A stretch of DNA of 64,000 nt from Eledone cirrhosa (taxonomy: Eukaryota). How positions within the stretch are numbered: the stretch's first letter is position 1; the number at the start of each line of letters is the position of its first letter. The notes beneath the pieces are model-generated. The model made no database searches. It saw only the letters and a program-made list of their open reading frames with translations, and had not been told where the DNA came from. Shown piece by piece: positions 26,379 through 41,544 of the stretch. The translations under genes and the position numbers were made by a program. The DNA is taken from NCBI GenBank assembly GCA_964016885.1, contig OZ024741.1, positions 62,124,001 to 62,188,000 on the forward strand. Direction: 5' to 3'.

Positions 26379-27329
26379 GCTACTACTACTACTGCTGCTG
26401 TTTCTGCTGCTGCTACTACTACTACTATTAAAACAACACCAGCAACAACAACTATAATATCAACAGCCCCAAGAATCTACCCTTTTGTACATACCCACCA
26501 CCGCCTTCGTCTTCTCTATCTCCTCAACAACAACCCTCACCACTATCACCCTCAACCTCATTCCCATTCGGCGTTGTGTCGAACCGCCGGTCTAGCACGC
26601 CCCGATTCCCCCTTCCAACCACCACCACCACACACACCAGAGGCACACTTCATTCTAAATCTAAGCCCGTCCTATAATAATACTTTCCTCTCACCACAAA
26701 AACTTCTTAAACCACAAAACCCACATAGACATATACACGTACACGTACGCACACACAAACACACACACAAACATACACACACGCACAGGGCAACACACGA
26801 CCGACTGTTTTATTTTTCAGCACCTCTTACTACTACCTCTACCCTCCACTACCACAGCCATTACAATACCTGTAATCACTCTCCCTTCACCTCCACCTCT
26901 TTCACCGTCACCTCCTACTCTTCCACACAACTGCCACCCTCAAACAACATATAAATATAACACAAAATACCACCACCACTAGCTCTATGCCCCTGATCAC
27001 TACCGTCACCACCACCATAACCACACACTCTACTATCACTACGACCACTACTCATCCTTCACTACTACTTCGAATACTACAACCTTCACACCACCTACAC
27101 GACCACCATTCCCTGCACCACCCACACCACCACCACTGACATTACTACTACTTTCACACCTGTACAACCACCACCACGTAAAATCTTCTCCCACTATCAA
27201 CCCACCACTGCACCCCTCTCCAACCCCATTTACATACATACAAGCTGGCACAAAAACTTAAGCTAGAGAGAGAGAGAGAGATCTTCGTCAAAGCAAGTGA
27301 GGTCTGTATGTTTGCTGCAGGTTTTGGTA

Positions 27330-28670
27330 ATGGAAGTTCACTCGTCGGAGGCCGCACGGAGCTATTTTGAACCTCATCCTGATATACCCGGATCGCTGGC
27401 TCTTGTGTCTGCATGTCAGCCTTATACCACTGCAGTTTCGGATGCTTACGCTGACGTATACAACTGTTATAACTTCACTGCTGCCAACGTCAACGTCGTT
27501 GGTGTGAATAGCGAAAATGGTGGCAACGTCTTATCGTCAGCCAGCGGTGACCAGGAGAGAACGATGCTGTTGTCTTCGTCGTCGTCATCAACGTTACCGA
27601 CGTCAGTGACGTCATCTGAATCTTCGTCTACACAGTCTATGTTAACTTCGACCACGTCGACGTCGTTGTCGTCTTTGTCATTACCTTCTTCCCAGCGTTC
27701 GGAGATTTTGGCCAGCGTAGTAGCCAACCCCAGTGAAGAGCTGAGTTCCATAGTACAACAACAGGATTACCGTCTAGCCGTTTTAGGGGCACCGTCAACG
27801 ACGTCTCCTTCTTCCGTCAACGCCAACTGCGGTGGTCTGGCTCCACAGGTGTCTCAAACAGTGACCAACTACTCAGAAACATCAAATCCAAATGTATTAG
27901 TAAATTCAGATACTTCGTTGTGGCAAAGCCAAATTTTGGACCCACGAATTAACAACGTTAACCTCCATCCTAACCGGAACGACAGCAACAACAACAACAT
28001 CAACGTCAACAGGACTATTACAGCCGCCTCTGACTATCACCAGCAACACCACCACCTCATTAACAATAATAACAATCACAACACTAACAAAAGCAGCAAT
28101 AATCAGCACCGTAATCATCAACCACACAACTATCACGGTAGATCAGTTAATAATAACAATAATAATAATAACCACAATCATAATAATAATCACAACCATC
28201 ATCATAATCACCATCATAGTCACAAACCAAAGAGGAGGCGGGTACAGACTCAAGCACAACGCAAGGCCGCTAACGTGAGAGAACGTCGGAGAATGTTTCA
28301 CCTGAATGAAGCGTTTGACGAACTTCGGAAACGTCTACCAGCTTTCAATTACGAGAAACGGCTATCGAGGATCGAAACCTTACGACTGGCTATGACATAT
28401 ATTGGATTTATGCGTGAAATAACCAGCGGCAAAGACCCTTGCAACGTTGAACTGCAGAGACATCAAAACTTCGCCCTTTTATCACCATCGTCTTCGTCAT
28501 CACCGATATCGGGACAATGTGATATGGACGACGACGACGACGACGAAGACGACGATGACGATGAGAACGATGAAAACGATGGCCATAGTGTTAATGTTGT
28601 TGTTGTTGGGGGTGATGTTTGTGATGATGATGATGATGATATGAATTCTCTTGGAGAAAAAATGAGTTAA
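27330..28670 (+). CDS. Fer3: Fer3-like (FERD3L/Nato3, PTF family) bHLH transcription factor
   Basis: 446-aa uninterrupted ORF from the first ATG; b[66 protein letters not shown] (about 28224-28415) carries the [16 protein letters not shown] signature; AATAAA at 28891. Confidence 0.9.
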   Translation: MEVHSSEAARSYFEPHPDIPGSLALVSACQPYTTAVSDAYADVYNCYNFTAANVNVVGVNSENGGNVLSSASGDQERTMLLSSSSSSTLPTSVTSSESSSTQSMLTSTTSTSLSSLSLPSSQRSEILASVVANPSEELSSIVQQQDYRLAVLGAPSTTSPSSVNANCGGLAPQVSQTVTNYSETSNPNVLVNSDTSLWQSQILDPRINNVNLHPNRNDSNNNNINVNRTITAASDYHQQHHHLINNNNNHNTNKSSNNQHRNHQPHNYHGRSVNNNNNNNNHNHNNNHNHHHNHHHSHKPKRRRVQTQAQRKAANVRERRRMFHLNEAFDELRKRLPAFNYEKRLSRIETLRLAMTYIGFMREITSGKDPCNVELQRHQNFALLSPSSSSSPISGQCDMDDDDDDEDDDDDENDENDGHSVNVVVVGGDVCDDDDDDMNSLGEKMS

Positions 28671-29601
28671 AGGAAAGACTGTCAAATTCATTCTCTTCAT
28701 ATTTTCACATCGCCACAGACTGACTCACTTTCAGCGGATCTTTACCAAATTATTTAACATCATCAAACGTTACATAAAAGGATTCTCTCATAGTATCATT
28801 ACTTTGGCGATGAAAAGTCGGGCTATAAGTGGCGCAGGAGCCGATAATTAAGGACCCAATGGCCATATACACTACCAACAGAAAAACAAGAATAAAACAT
28901 CAACAAGAATTAACAAAGAAAAATGTAAAAATAAATGAAAGGAAGATGAAACAATATGGATGATATATGAGGATTTAACTGTTATATGGTATTGTACCAA
29001 TATACATAAATACATACTTACATATATACGTATAAATATATATATTGTACACACACACATACTCACAGATATATTGAATATATATATGTGTATTATGTTT
29101 GTAAGTGCATATATATATATATACAAATGTTTATTTATTTATACATGTATGCACCTATTCTATTTACATATACATACCTATGCATCCATGAACTATTGTT
29201 GATGCACATGTATATTCATTTATACATGCATACATACGTACATACTTGCAAACGTACATACGTACATACATACATACATACTCTGTAAGATATTCACATA
29301 TGGTTTCATTATATGGATTCAGGTATACATGCAGACATATATACATAAATGCATACAAACATTAATACATACATGATAATATTCCCTGCATACAAACATA
29401 CATGCATACAGTTTTGTATGTCTGGGTTTGTGTGAAGTAGGTATATATATTTATACGGATGTTGACTAAAAGTAAATTTTAAAAGTAACATTTGACTTGT
29501 GATTCTATGTTTACACAACAATGTTTATGTGTATGTTTATAAATGTATCTATACAAAGAAATATATGCATGTATCTCTCTCTCCTTCTATCTCTATATTA
29601 C

Positions 29602-29632
<31 letters not shown>

Positions 29633-29822
29633 TATATATATACACACATACAATATATAGGCATGACAGCGGGAAGTGAACGGAGTCAAACATATATTTC
29701 AATCAGGTATATATACAGATGTAAATATAACCATGTGTTTGTGTGTAAATGTGCATCATGTTAATATATATATATATTTATATATATATATATATATGTG
29801 TGTGTATTGTATTGTATTTATG

Positions 29823-29858
<36 letters not shown>

Positions 29859-29860
29859 TA

Positions 29861-30316
<456 letters not shown>

Positions 30317-31676
30317 TATATATATATATATATAGATATAGATATATAGATATATATATGCAGTTTTTTGATCAAGGGCATCATTTCTTTGTGGTATTGA
30401 TTTTCAAGTAACAAAACATTCCACACACATGCATATCTTTAACGTAATTCTCAGGGAGTTTAGCCCGAAAGAGAGACAAACAAACCAGTCAATCTGACCG
30501 GCTTCCATGCAATTTTGGAATTCACTGACCAGAAGTGGCTGAGTTCCAGGCTATGGTTAACAACACTTTTGGAATATGTCCTGATGAAGGTTCGGACTCA
30601 CGAACTGTCAGAGTGAGATTCTTAACCATTCAACCATGATGTGTCCAGCTTATATGCATACATACAGACATGTATTCATACATCCATCCATACATACATA
30701 TATACATATATACATATATACATACATTCATACATTCATACATATATACATAAATACATACATACATATATACATCCATCCATCTACCCATCCATCCATA
30801 CATACATACATACATACATACATACATACATACATACATACATACATACATACATACATACATACATACATAGTTAAGTATGTATCTGGTTTTTGTTTAT
30901 GATTTTTTATCGAAATTCGTTGATGATCATCTTGTTCAATTATGGATACTTTGGTGAATGTACATCTCAATCCATGATATATCATTTTGACCACAGGACG
31001 TCAAAATGTTAGGTTACAGAGACTTGGTATTAATCAGTGTGCATGAGTCCCTTCTTCCGACTCTTATAAGTGTTGAATGCGTTTCACTTGCATGTCCTTA
31101 GGCTACTTTCAACAGTAAGAATGGTATTGTGAATGGCTGGTAGCAAGTCATCTTCGTGTGGTCTTTAAACGCGTCTTTGGTTTTAGCTAGGCAACAGTAT
31201 GCTCTGTGAGAGATGCGTGTCAGACATGTACACTACATGTTAAAACTAACACAGCTGATGCCTACATAGCTGCATAGGGTAGATTCGATGCTGACGGTAC
31301 AGGTTCAACGGAGTATTTCTGTGAACAATCCTATCTCGCAAGGTAACCGAAAGAGACTTCATACATACATACATACATACATACATTCATACATACATAC
31401 ATACATACATACATACATACATACATACATACATACATACATACATACACTGAAGTATGTTACTCTTTTCATGAATGGTATCGAATTCTGTGTATATATA
31501 TCTATTCGTCCCATTGTGTGTATATCCCCAAAATGGGTAAAATAGTTTACCGTTCTTAAATCTTCTCAATCTTCTTTGCCTGTGTCATTCTTTCTTTGAT
31601 GAAGGACTAATGTCCGAATCCTATAATATATATATACAAAAATACAAGTAAAGAGGCAGGATGTCTGGTTACTGTA

Positions 31677-31735
<59 letters not shown>

Positions 31736-31820
31736 ATATACACATGTGTGTGTATTTGCATTGTTCCTTGAAGTTTTGTTTTCCTTCGAATGAAACAGTT
31801 CCATGCATGTAGAAGCCATT

Positions 31821-32108
<288 letters not shown>

Positions 32109-32117
32109 ATATATGTG

Positions 32118-32432
<315 letters not shown>

Positions 32433-32447
32433 CTATGTGTGTGTGTG

Positions 32448-32488
<41 letters not shown>

Positions 32489-32617
32489 AAGATGCCTACT
32501 GAATACGCACATCTTTGTTCTTTTGGTTGTTTTTTTTTCTCCAAAATGTTTTCTCCTTTCCCCGTTCCTTCCTCTCACCACTCTTTACTTTATATTTATC
32601 TTCTATTTCTAACTCTA

Positions 32618-32653
32618 TCTACTGTTGAAGGACTAGTGTCCGAAACGTTAAGA
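32618..32653 (+). ncRNA. Decayed minimal hammerhead, family K
   Basis: tcta-CTGTTGA-AGGACtagtGTCC-GAAA-CG-TT-aaga (A6T change); truncated relative ttgatgaaggactaatgtccgaa near 31596. Confidence 0.55.
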
Positions 32654-32727
32654 CTCTCTTCCTCCTATTTCAAGCCTTAGACTAATATATTTACATCATA
32701 TACTGTGCCGTTTTTTTTTTATGTATG

Positions 32728-32761
<34 letters not shown>

Positions 32762-32765
<4 letters not shown>

Positions 32766-33300
32766 ATAAATCTACCAAGAGTTTACGGTAGTGTCCAATC
32801 CGTATGAAGAACTCAATGTATTCCGGATATCATGGAAAGAAGAAATGTAATGAAAAATCACTTTCGGTGAAAGATAAACGGTATACAGAGTCAAGATAAA
32901 ATATTAAACAAATAATGAATAAACAATTCCTTATATTAAACAAAAAAAGTTCATTATTTAACGATCGTTTCTAGGATATATATGTGTTAGAATTGGCATG
33001 CATATTCAACAGATCTATGTACAAAATTATACAAAATTATACAAACTATCAAGATTAAATATACATACCAACACATATATACGCCGTCTTCAGAAATAAT
33101 GAAATATATTTCTGAAGACGGCGTATATATGTGTTGGTATGTATATTTAATCTTGATAGTTTGTATAATTTTGTATAATTTTGTACATAGATCTGTTGAA
33201 TATGCATGCCAATTCTAACACATATATATCCTAGAAACGATCGTTAAATAATGAACTTTTTTTGTTTAATATAAGGAATTGTTTATTCATTATTTGTTTA

Positions 33301-33309
<9 letters not shown>
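32762..33309. mobile_element. Family L palindromic element: 203-bp perfect arms, 8-nt loop, 134-nt tail
   Basis: 32896-33098 is the reverse complement of 33107-33309; bounded by (TA)n. Confidence 0.9.
33107..33250 (+). ncRNA. Type I hammerhead with long stem II, family L (mirror on minus strand 32955-33098)
   Basis: TATTT-CTGAAGA-cggcgTATATATGTGTT...AACACATATATAtccta-GAAA-CGATCG-TT-AAATA. Confidence 0.75.
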
Positions 33310-33393
<84 letters not shown>

Positions 33394-33956
33394 ATCTGTG
33401 TGTGTGTATTCCACGTTATAAGAAGTACCGTGACAAAACTTGATCGCTTGCTTGACTAATTCTTCACAAATTATCTTGGCACCCATTACTCTATCTTTTA
33501 TGTAAAGATTTGTAAGTATGTATGTATACTGGACTGTGTGTATAAACGTGTGTATGTGCGTATTTATACTAGGTTTAATTATATTATGCGTGCGTGTGAG
33601 TTTATAGATGAATTATACCGATGCAACGCTTGAATAGGGATGTACTCCCTTCCCCTCTCCTACAAATATTTGTCTCTGAAACTATGCTCACAAAAATACA
33701 TTGATGTGTACACACACGTTAGCGTGTACACACATATAAAACACAAACATAGTCCCCTAAAACATGTAATCACACACATATACACATAAGAATGCATTCA
33801 CATACATCCCACATGTAGATGTATATACGCATATATGAAGAATGTCATTTCTCACGAAAACATGATTCTGCGCACACGCGTAAATATTGTAAATATATAC
33901 GCATAGATACACATAATACTGTTAATACACGCGCAGAAATAAATACACACACAATA

Positions 33957-34140
33957 ATTGTTTCTACTTTAGGAACAAGGTCAGCAATTTTAAAAGGATG
34001 AGGAAGTCGATTCAATCGACCCCAGTACTTACTGGATCTTTATTTTATCGACCCCGAAAGGCATTTGAACTAATAATGTAAAGGGCCGAACTCTATGCCA
34101 CGAAGCATGTTATCCAGCGCTCTACCGATACTGTCAATCC
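33957..34140 (-). mobile_element. tRNA-type SINE
   Basis: Core cctttcggggtcgataaaataaa and 3' end cctaaagtagaaacaa shared with the other copies. Confidence 0.75.
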
Positions 34141-35284
34141 GCTGCACAATAATGCCCACACACTTGCACGTAAATACATACGCACACAGACACACATACG
34201 CAAATATACATACATTCCTACAAATATACATGTACGATAAGGTAATTGTATCTATATACGAATTGCAAATCATCCATCACACAAACATATATCATCATAA
34301 ATATACACACACATGCATTGAATCACTCAGTGACACACATATGTGTTGTGTCCTCTCTTACACCGCTACTACAATGGCCTGCGCTCCTCGGACTCGACTA
34401 TTTACCTAACCTCTTCACCCAAGAACTCTCTACCACATCACGTATGATGTCTGAAAAAGGGTGGCTTTGCTATTTAAGGTGTACTGCTCACGGTCGTACG
34501 GTAATGAGTTCGTTTCCCGACGTCACGGTGTTTCATTGAGCAAGACAATTTATTTCACGTTGTTCTAGACCACTCTGTAATTCAATGAATTACAGCTTTG
34601 TCACGCACTGTTGATTGCTGAATCTCTCTCAGAATTACGTTACAGGTGCATGCGTTTGGAAAATACACATATTAATTTAATGAGCAGGCTGTCCCGTTGA
34701 TCAACCAACTGGAACTCAGCTGCGGAACCGACGGAGGTCCAACACGCACACACACACAAACACACACACACACAACACACACACATACACACACACACGC
34801 ACGCACAGATTGTGTTCTGCACTCCACCTCAACCAATGTATGCCAATAAACACTATACCCAGTATTTCTTCCAAAGCCGTACCCTTCCGAAATTGTCACC
34901 TTCCACATGCCTTGCAATCACCAATTGTTGATAATATCAAGGATCACATATCTGTGAATATCTAGGCATTAACCTTATTCCACACCACACTGATGAAAAT
35001 AAAATCATACAAACACACATACACACATGTGTATTTATAATTTCATTACAAAACATTATTTTCATTTATACATCAATTCATTGTATTTATTTAAGACTTT
35101 TATATACGCGTATCTATGTTTACGGGAGTGTGTATGTCCACATGGCCTTAGCCGTAATGGCAAATTCATAGTAATAAACTTAAAGAAAATAGAATACCCT
35201 CACTCAGAAGTACAAATGTATGCATACATATATATATATATATTTGCATTCCTGAAATGTATCTTTGTTTTGATAACGCCCGCC

Positions 35285-35369
<85 letters not shown>

Positions 35370-35899
35370 TGTCAGAAATTTTTGTATCATGAAAATAAAG
35401 AAAAATGTATAAAATTTACGTTAAAAGCAATAAAATCTGATGCTTCGGCATGAATTGTATATTGTTTATTATGTTGCGTTTTTACATAAATGCCCTTACA
35501 CACACATATAATGGCTAACGCTTTTTTATGGTAAACTTAAGTGGTGCATTTTTATACACGCGAAATATGACAAAAATTTGATGTAACAGTCTTCAGTAAT
35601 CGAATCACTTAGCTGATGTAGACTGAACGATGACCTGATATCGCTCTGATCGATCGACAAGATCCCAGACATCATTTAATTGTTGAGTGCGGTGGACCTC
35701 ATCAAATTGGACCAAGGAAACAATACTTCCATTGGTCTTTCCATTGCTGGCAGAAGGAGCAGCATGAAATAAAATGTCTTCCCAAGGAGATAATGCATCA
35801 CCTGGTCCGAGAATTGAACTCGCAACTTCACGATTACGAGTCCAATTTTCTAACCATCAAACCACGCGCCTTCACTGCCCTGATATACACGATTTAGCG

Positions 35900-37331
35900 C
35901 AGGGGTCGGCAACCTTTTGGAGAGAAAGGACCAAACAGTTATACAGTGTCATAGAGGAGGGCCATGTTATTAAATATGTAAATAAATTTTCTGGGGGTTT
36001 AAAGCAAAACAAGGAATTTAATATAATCTTATTTTAACAAGGAATAACAGAAAAACAACTACTATCACAATCAACAAAAAAAAAGCAAATTCCTTGCTAC
36101 AAACGAAATACAGTTAGAAATGGTAAATGATTTAATGAGACACTTGTTTCTGTTTATTGTGCGATAACTTCTCCATATCAGGTGAAATATTTGTCGATGA
36201 CAGGAGCAAAACATCATCCAGGTGGTCGTCACGCAACATTGTTCTTAAATGACTTTTAGTATATTTCATTTTGGAAAATAGTTGTTCACAAGCATATGTA
36301 CTTCCAAATAATGATATCATCAGTTTCGCATTAGTCAAGATGTTTTTATATTTTCCGCTTGGCAATATATATTTCTTGTAGAAGCAAATACATTTTCCGA
36401 AGTGTTCAATGAAAAAATAGCTAAGTGTCCAGCCATCGTTAAAAGTTCGGCACTCCAAATCCACTTTTCTTTTCTTAGCTTCCATGGGCTTGTCTTTGTT
36501 CAAACAAAAAGTATAATAATAAAAATGAATAAATAAGAAACAATGAAAACAAATGTAAATGCAAATACTGTAATGCGATAAAATATGATAATTGTGAATA
36601 AATTATATAAAACCAGGTTTCTAACGACGTTGTTAGATCAGAGTTGCCCTTTGTTTTTTTAAACCACTTTTGGCCTAATTCTAATAATAATAGTTCATAC
36701 AATTTATCACAAATAATTAAATAAACGTTATTATCGAATAAAGATACCTACTGTATAGTTGTTATACCACCAGACAACAAACTCAAATGAAAATACTCTG
36801 GGGAGGGGGGAACGAAGTAATTTTTCCAAGGACAGCTTTACCTTGTGCCGGGGGGCACAGATAAGGTCAGGCAAACGAAGACGACAACAATTCACGAGTG
36901 ATTTTATTGAATGATAATATGGGTATAAAAGCGAGTCATGCGAACCGTAAGGTAGTATACCATCCAGTCGCTGACGAAAATGCATACTTCCAGCCAACAT
37001 TTGTGTTTGTTGACTGGAACAAAACCACATCATGATATCACAGGAAAAAATAATACATGTGATATAATGCTTGGCGGAAAGCCCATAAAAAGATGGATAA
37101 GAGAAAATAAAAATAAATGGAAAATATAATAAGGTTACAAAGGTATCTGTAAATATATACGGTATGAGCAGCGATTTGTGATGGACATCAGGTCGGCACA
37201 ACCTTGAAGTGAACTACTGTATCTGTATTCGATACTAATTAGATAATTAGTGTCCAGTGTAAGATGGCGGGCCGGACAAGAATCACTCGAGGGCCGGATG
37301 TGGCCCGCGGGTCGGGGGTTGCCGACACCTG
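35900..37331 (-). mobile_element. Non-autonomous hAT (Charlie/SPIN-like) DNA transposon
   Basis: TIRs CAGGGGTCGGCAACC / GGTTGCCGACACCTG; perfect 8-bp TSD ATTTAGCG at 35892-35899 and 37332-37339. Confidence 0.92.
36132..36485 (-). pseudogene. Internally deleted hAT transposase (N-terminus fused in frame to C-terminal dimerisation domain)
   Basis: MEAKKRKVDLECRTFNDGW...FF...CIC joined to LFGSTYACEQLFSKMKYTKSHLRTMLRDDHL...QVSH*. Confidence 0.8.
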
Positions 37332-37462
37332 ATTTAGCGTATATATAACAGATTTCCTGAATGAACTGCAATTGTTGTCCCTACCGTCATGTAACATAAC
37401 GATCAGCAGAAAGGTACGATGAAGGTGCCGTCACATATTTCTCGTGTATCGATATAAGTACT

Positions 37463-37649
37463 TTGGCTGGATTGGCAGTATCGGTAGAGAGTCGGACACC
37501 ATGCTTTGAAGCATAGAGTTACGTCCCTTTATGATCTGAGTTCAAATCGCGCCGAGGTTAACTTTGCCTTTCATCCTTACGGGGTCCATAAAATAAAGTA
37601 ACAGTAATGTACTGGGTAATTGCTGGCCTTGTGCCTAAAATAGAAACAA
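37463..37649 (+). mobile_element. tRNA-type SINE, near full length
   Basis: A-box-like tggcagtatcggtagag, B-box gagttcaaatc, core gcctttcatccttacggggtc. Confidence 0.8.
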
Positions 37650-38245
37650 TTAATATAAGTAATTTAGAATTAAATTTAACACATAGGAAGGAAAATAAGC
37701 GTCGAGTGATTATTATATGGTGCAAAGAAACTCCCTATTTAAAATTGTTAATAATTTTATTAATTATAGGTCTATTGTCATAAAACATATTTTCATTTTG
37801 AAAGAACTATACAGTGTTAACATCCTACATACGCACACGCTTTGTCCACCAGTGCCAGTAATCGTCTGGGTATATCCTCGTCTGACTTCATCAGGAACTC
37901 AGGTATTATGTTGGTTAGTACATGATGAATGTGTTCCTCCATTTGAGTCAGAGCTTTGGATTTGCGCATTAAACATTTTCCTTCGCCGAACCCCAGAGGA
38001 AAATATCGCATGGCATTAAGTCAGGGCTACTTGCTGGCCATTCATGTGGATATCGACGACCCAGCCAATGTCCTAGACATTACACATCAAGCCACTCATG
38101 GACAGTGCGTGCAAAAAAAGGGAGGGGTCCTATCGTACATGTATATGATGTCATTGATGCTGTCCCAAATAGTCTCAGCAGGCCAAAAGTTATAAATAAT
38201 TTTCAACTAGGAATAATTTTCAACTTCTTTCCACCCACCCTGTTG

Positions 38246-38382
<137 letters not shown>

Positions 38383-38399
38383 GTGATACACGCATGTAC

Positions 38400-38470
<71 letters not shown>

Positions 38471-38732
38471 TAGTGAGAATAATTAGAATCCCAACTGCGA
38501 GCCCACGTTTCAACTTGTTACCAAAGGTATTTTCAAGGGTTGTGAAATTACTAGTGGAAACATAGGTACCCCTACTTGCCAATCAAAGTATACTCATACA
38601 TCTGAGGAGATAGCTCTGAATCAAACTAAAGAAAAATAGATTAACATTTTCATCTGCTATGAAAGGTAACCACAGTAAGTAAGGTACTCAATACATAGCA
38701 GAGTATAAAAGTTTTAATATAGATGAGCTTCT

Positions 38733-38775
38733 ACAGGACTAGAACTGTTTCATTCGTGAGAAATCATCAGCCTGT
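38733..38775 (-). ncRNA. Degenerate hammerhead candidate, family M
   Basis: Minus strand ACAGG-CTGATGA-TTTCtcacGAAT-GAAA-CAGTTCTAGTC-CTGT; register off by one base at the cleavage site. Confidence 0.45.
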
Positions 38776-39257
38776 CCAAGTAAGTAGTGGTATTTATATC
38801 TTTTCTTTTCTGTTGGTAGGAGAGGGTGGGGATTGGGATGGGTGGTGGTCATTGGTTGAAAGATTTAAAGAAAAGGGAGTTCATTAAAAGCTAATTCTTT
38901 AAAGCTATAGTATTAACAAAGACAGGGAGAATACTGTAAACCAAATCATATTTGGAATACCAATCCTAGTTTATTACTTAGACTAACAATGCCTGTAAGA
39001 CAGGTGTCTACAGGATGGGTGGGGTTCAATGGTTTAAAGAAAAGGGAAATTCTTTAGAAGCTAATTCTTTAAGGCTGGAATAAGGGTGACAAAGGTAGAA
39101 AGGGTTCCATCAACAGATTCAAGTGTTGAGGTGATTCCCCTTATTGTGAAGTTTCTCTTAATATATATTCCAGGTGTCGACAAGCGTTTTCTTTTCCTTT
39201 TTACTAATATATCACAACTCGTGTGTCACACCTCTATTCTTTTAAATATATATATAT

Positions 39258-40459
39258 AACAAAGGAATTGTGGTAATGAACCAGATGGACCATAACGCAC
39301 CAGAGTACTCAATACTTAGGGTGGGAAATAGGAAAAAGTGGGAAATAGGAAAAAGTATGACCAAGACGGCAGAGCTCAAGCCGTTTCGACGGCTATTTCT
39401 GGACTAAATTAGAATTTTTAGCCTGGTGAATAAATAGCCGAACTTGTCAAGTGGGTACTTCCTTATATGGGAAGAGGATTGGTTAAAATTAGTTAAAATT
39501 TGCTCGGAGGAAACATTACAAATGCTGTTTTCGAAGGACCAACTCCTAAACAAGAAAGATGAACTCGTAACCGCATGCAAACACAGATTGCGTAGGACTT
39601 ACCTCGCCCTCAAACCCCATAACGACCCGGGTGGGTCACAAGGGCTGATACACCCCCCCCCCCCCCACCCCCCCACCCCCCCCACACACACACTTGGCGA
39701 ATAAGTTAGGGGAAACCCCAGCTTACATAGGTAGATGTATCTCTTTTCTTTTCCTCTTTGTCTTCTTCTTCCCTCTGTCTCATCCTATCACTTCCTTCCA
39801 CCCCTATTTTCTTCCTCGTCAGCTTTTCCCCTTTCGCCTATCCCGAAACAGCCCATCGGGCCTCTGTAGCATCAGTTCCCCCACCCCTGTAATTTTAAGA
39901 TAGAATTGGCCGATTACGTTTTACTAACTACTTATAGCAGATGTGTTCGACACCTTTAATTTTATATCAGTTTTGTTACTACTCATTTTCTACAAGTTTT
40001 TTCTATTTACAACTTATTAACCTGTAATTGTAAGATAGCATTGTGATTTTTTTTATTCATTTCTCACTATCTAATTTTATATATTTTTTTATTTATTTCT
40101 ATTATCTTTTATTGTCTCCTACTCTCATTCGAATTACCTATTCTATAAACTTCCTCCTCCATTTCATACTTAGAATCTGCTGTAATCATATCACTTTCAA
40201 CGCTTGACCGCTCCACTCACACCCCTATTGTTCTACAGGTAAGTTCAGCCACTCCTACCTCCCACCAAATGCCATGATAGACATATTTGTGTTTACAACA
40301 AATTTTAACCAATCCTCTTGACAACTACAATCTTCCCATATAAGGAAGTACCCCCTTCACAAGTTCGGCTATTTATTCACCAGGCTAAAAATACTAATTT
40401 AGTCCAGAAATAGCCGTCGAAACGGCTTGAGCTCTGCCGTCGGGATCAAACTTTTTTCT
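39258..40459 (+). mobile_element. Penelope-like element remnant, family A, with inverted terminal repeats
   Basis: Left arm 39258-39490 inverted relative to about 40300-40459; body starts with the GIY-YIG terminus CSEETLQMLFSKDQLLNKKDELVTACKHR (from 39501), followed by a pyrimidine-rich 3' UTR. Confidence 0.8.
40352..40445 (+). ncRNA. Type I hammerhead, family A, U3-A8 core variant (decayed; mirror copy 39361-39454 on minus strand)
   Basis: CCCC-TT(C/G)ACAA-GTTCGGCTATTT...AAATAGCCGTC-GAAA-CGGC ttgagctct GCCG-TC-GGG. Confidence 0.65.
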
Positions 40460-40482
40460 ATATATATATGTATACATGTAAA

Positions 40483-40541
<59 letters not shown>

Positions 40542-40546
40542 ATATA

Positions 40547-40641
40547 ATTGTTTCTACTTTAGGCACAAGGTCAGCAATTACCCAGTGCATTACTGGTACT
40601 TTATTTTATCGACCCTGTAAGGATGAAACGCAAAGTCAACC

Positions 40642-40642
<1 letters not shown>
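40547..40642 (-). mobile_element. 5'-truncated SINE inserted at (TA)n
   Basis: ttgtttctactttaggcacaagg...gtcaacct is the reverse complement of the SINE 3' half. Confidence 0.85.

Positions 40643-41544
<902 letters not shown>

Noticed and set aside
27297-27329. GTG start of the bHLH ORF given by the ORF track
   Set aside because: Eukaryotic context; the first ATG is at 27330 and the upstream bases look like a splice acceptor or UTR.
34990-34996. CTGATGA as a hammerhead core
   Set aside because: No pairable stems or downstream GAAA-stem III.
38490-38530. Minus-strand ccc-TTGAAAA...GAAACGT-ggg as another U3-A8 hammerhead
   Set aside because: Stem II does not close properly and the cleavage-site base is missing; too weak from one copy.
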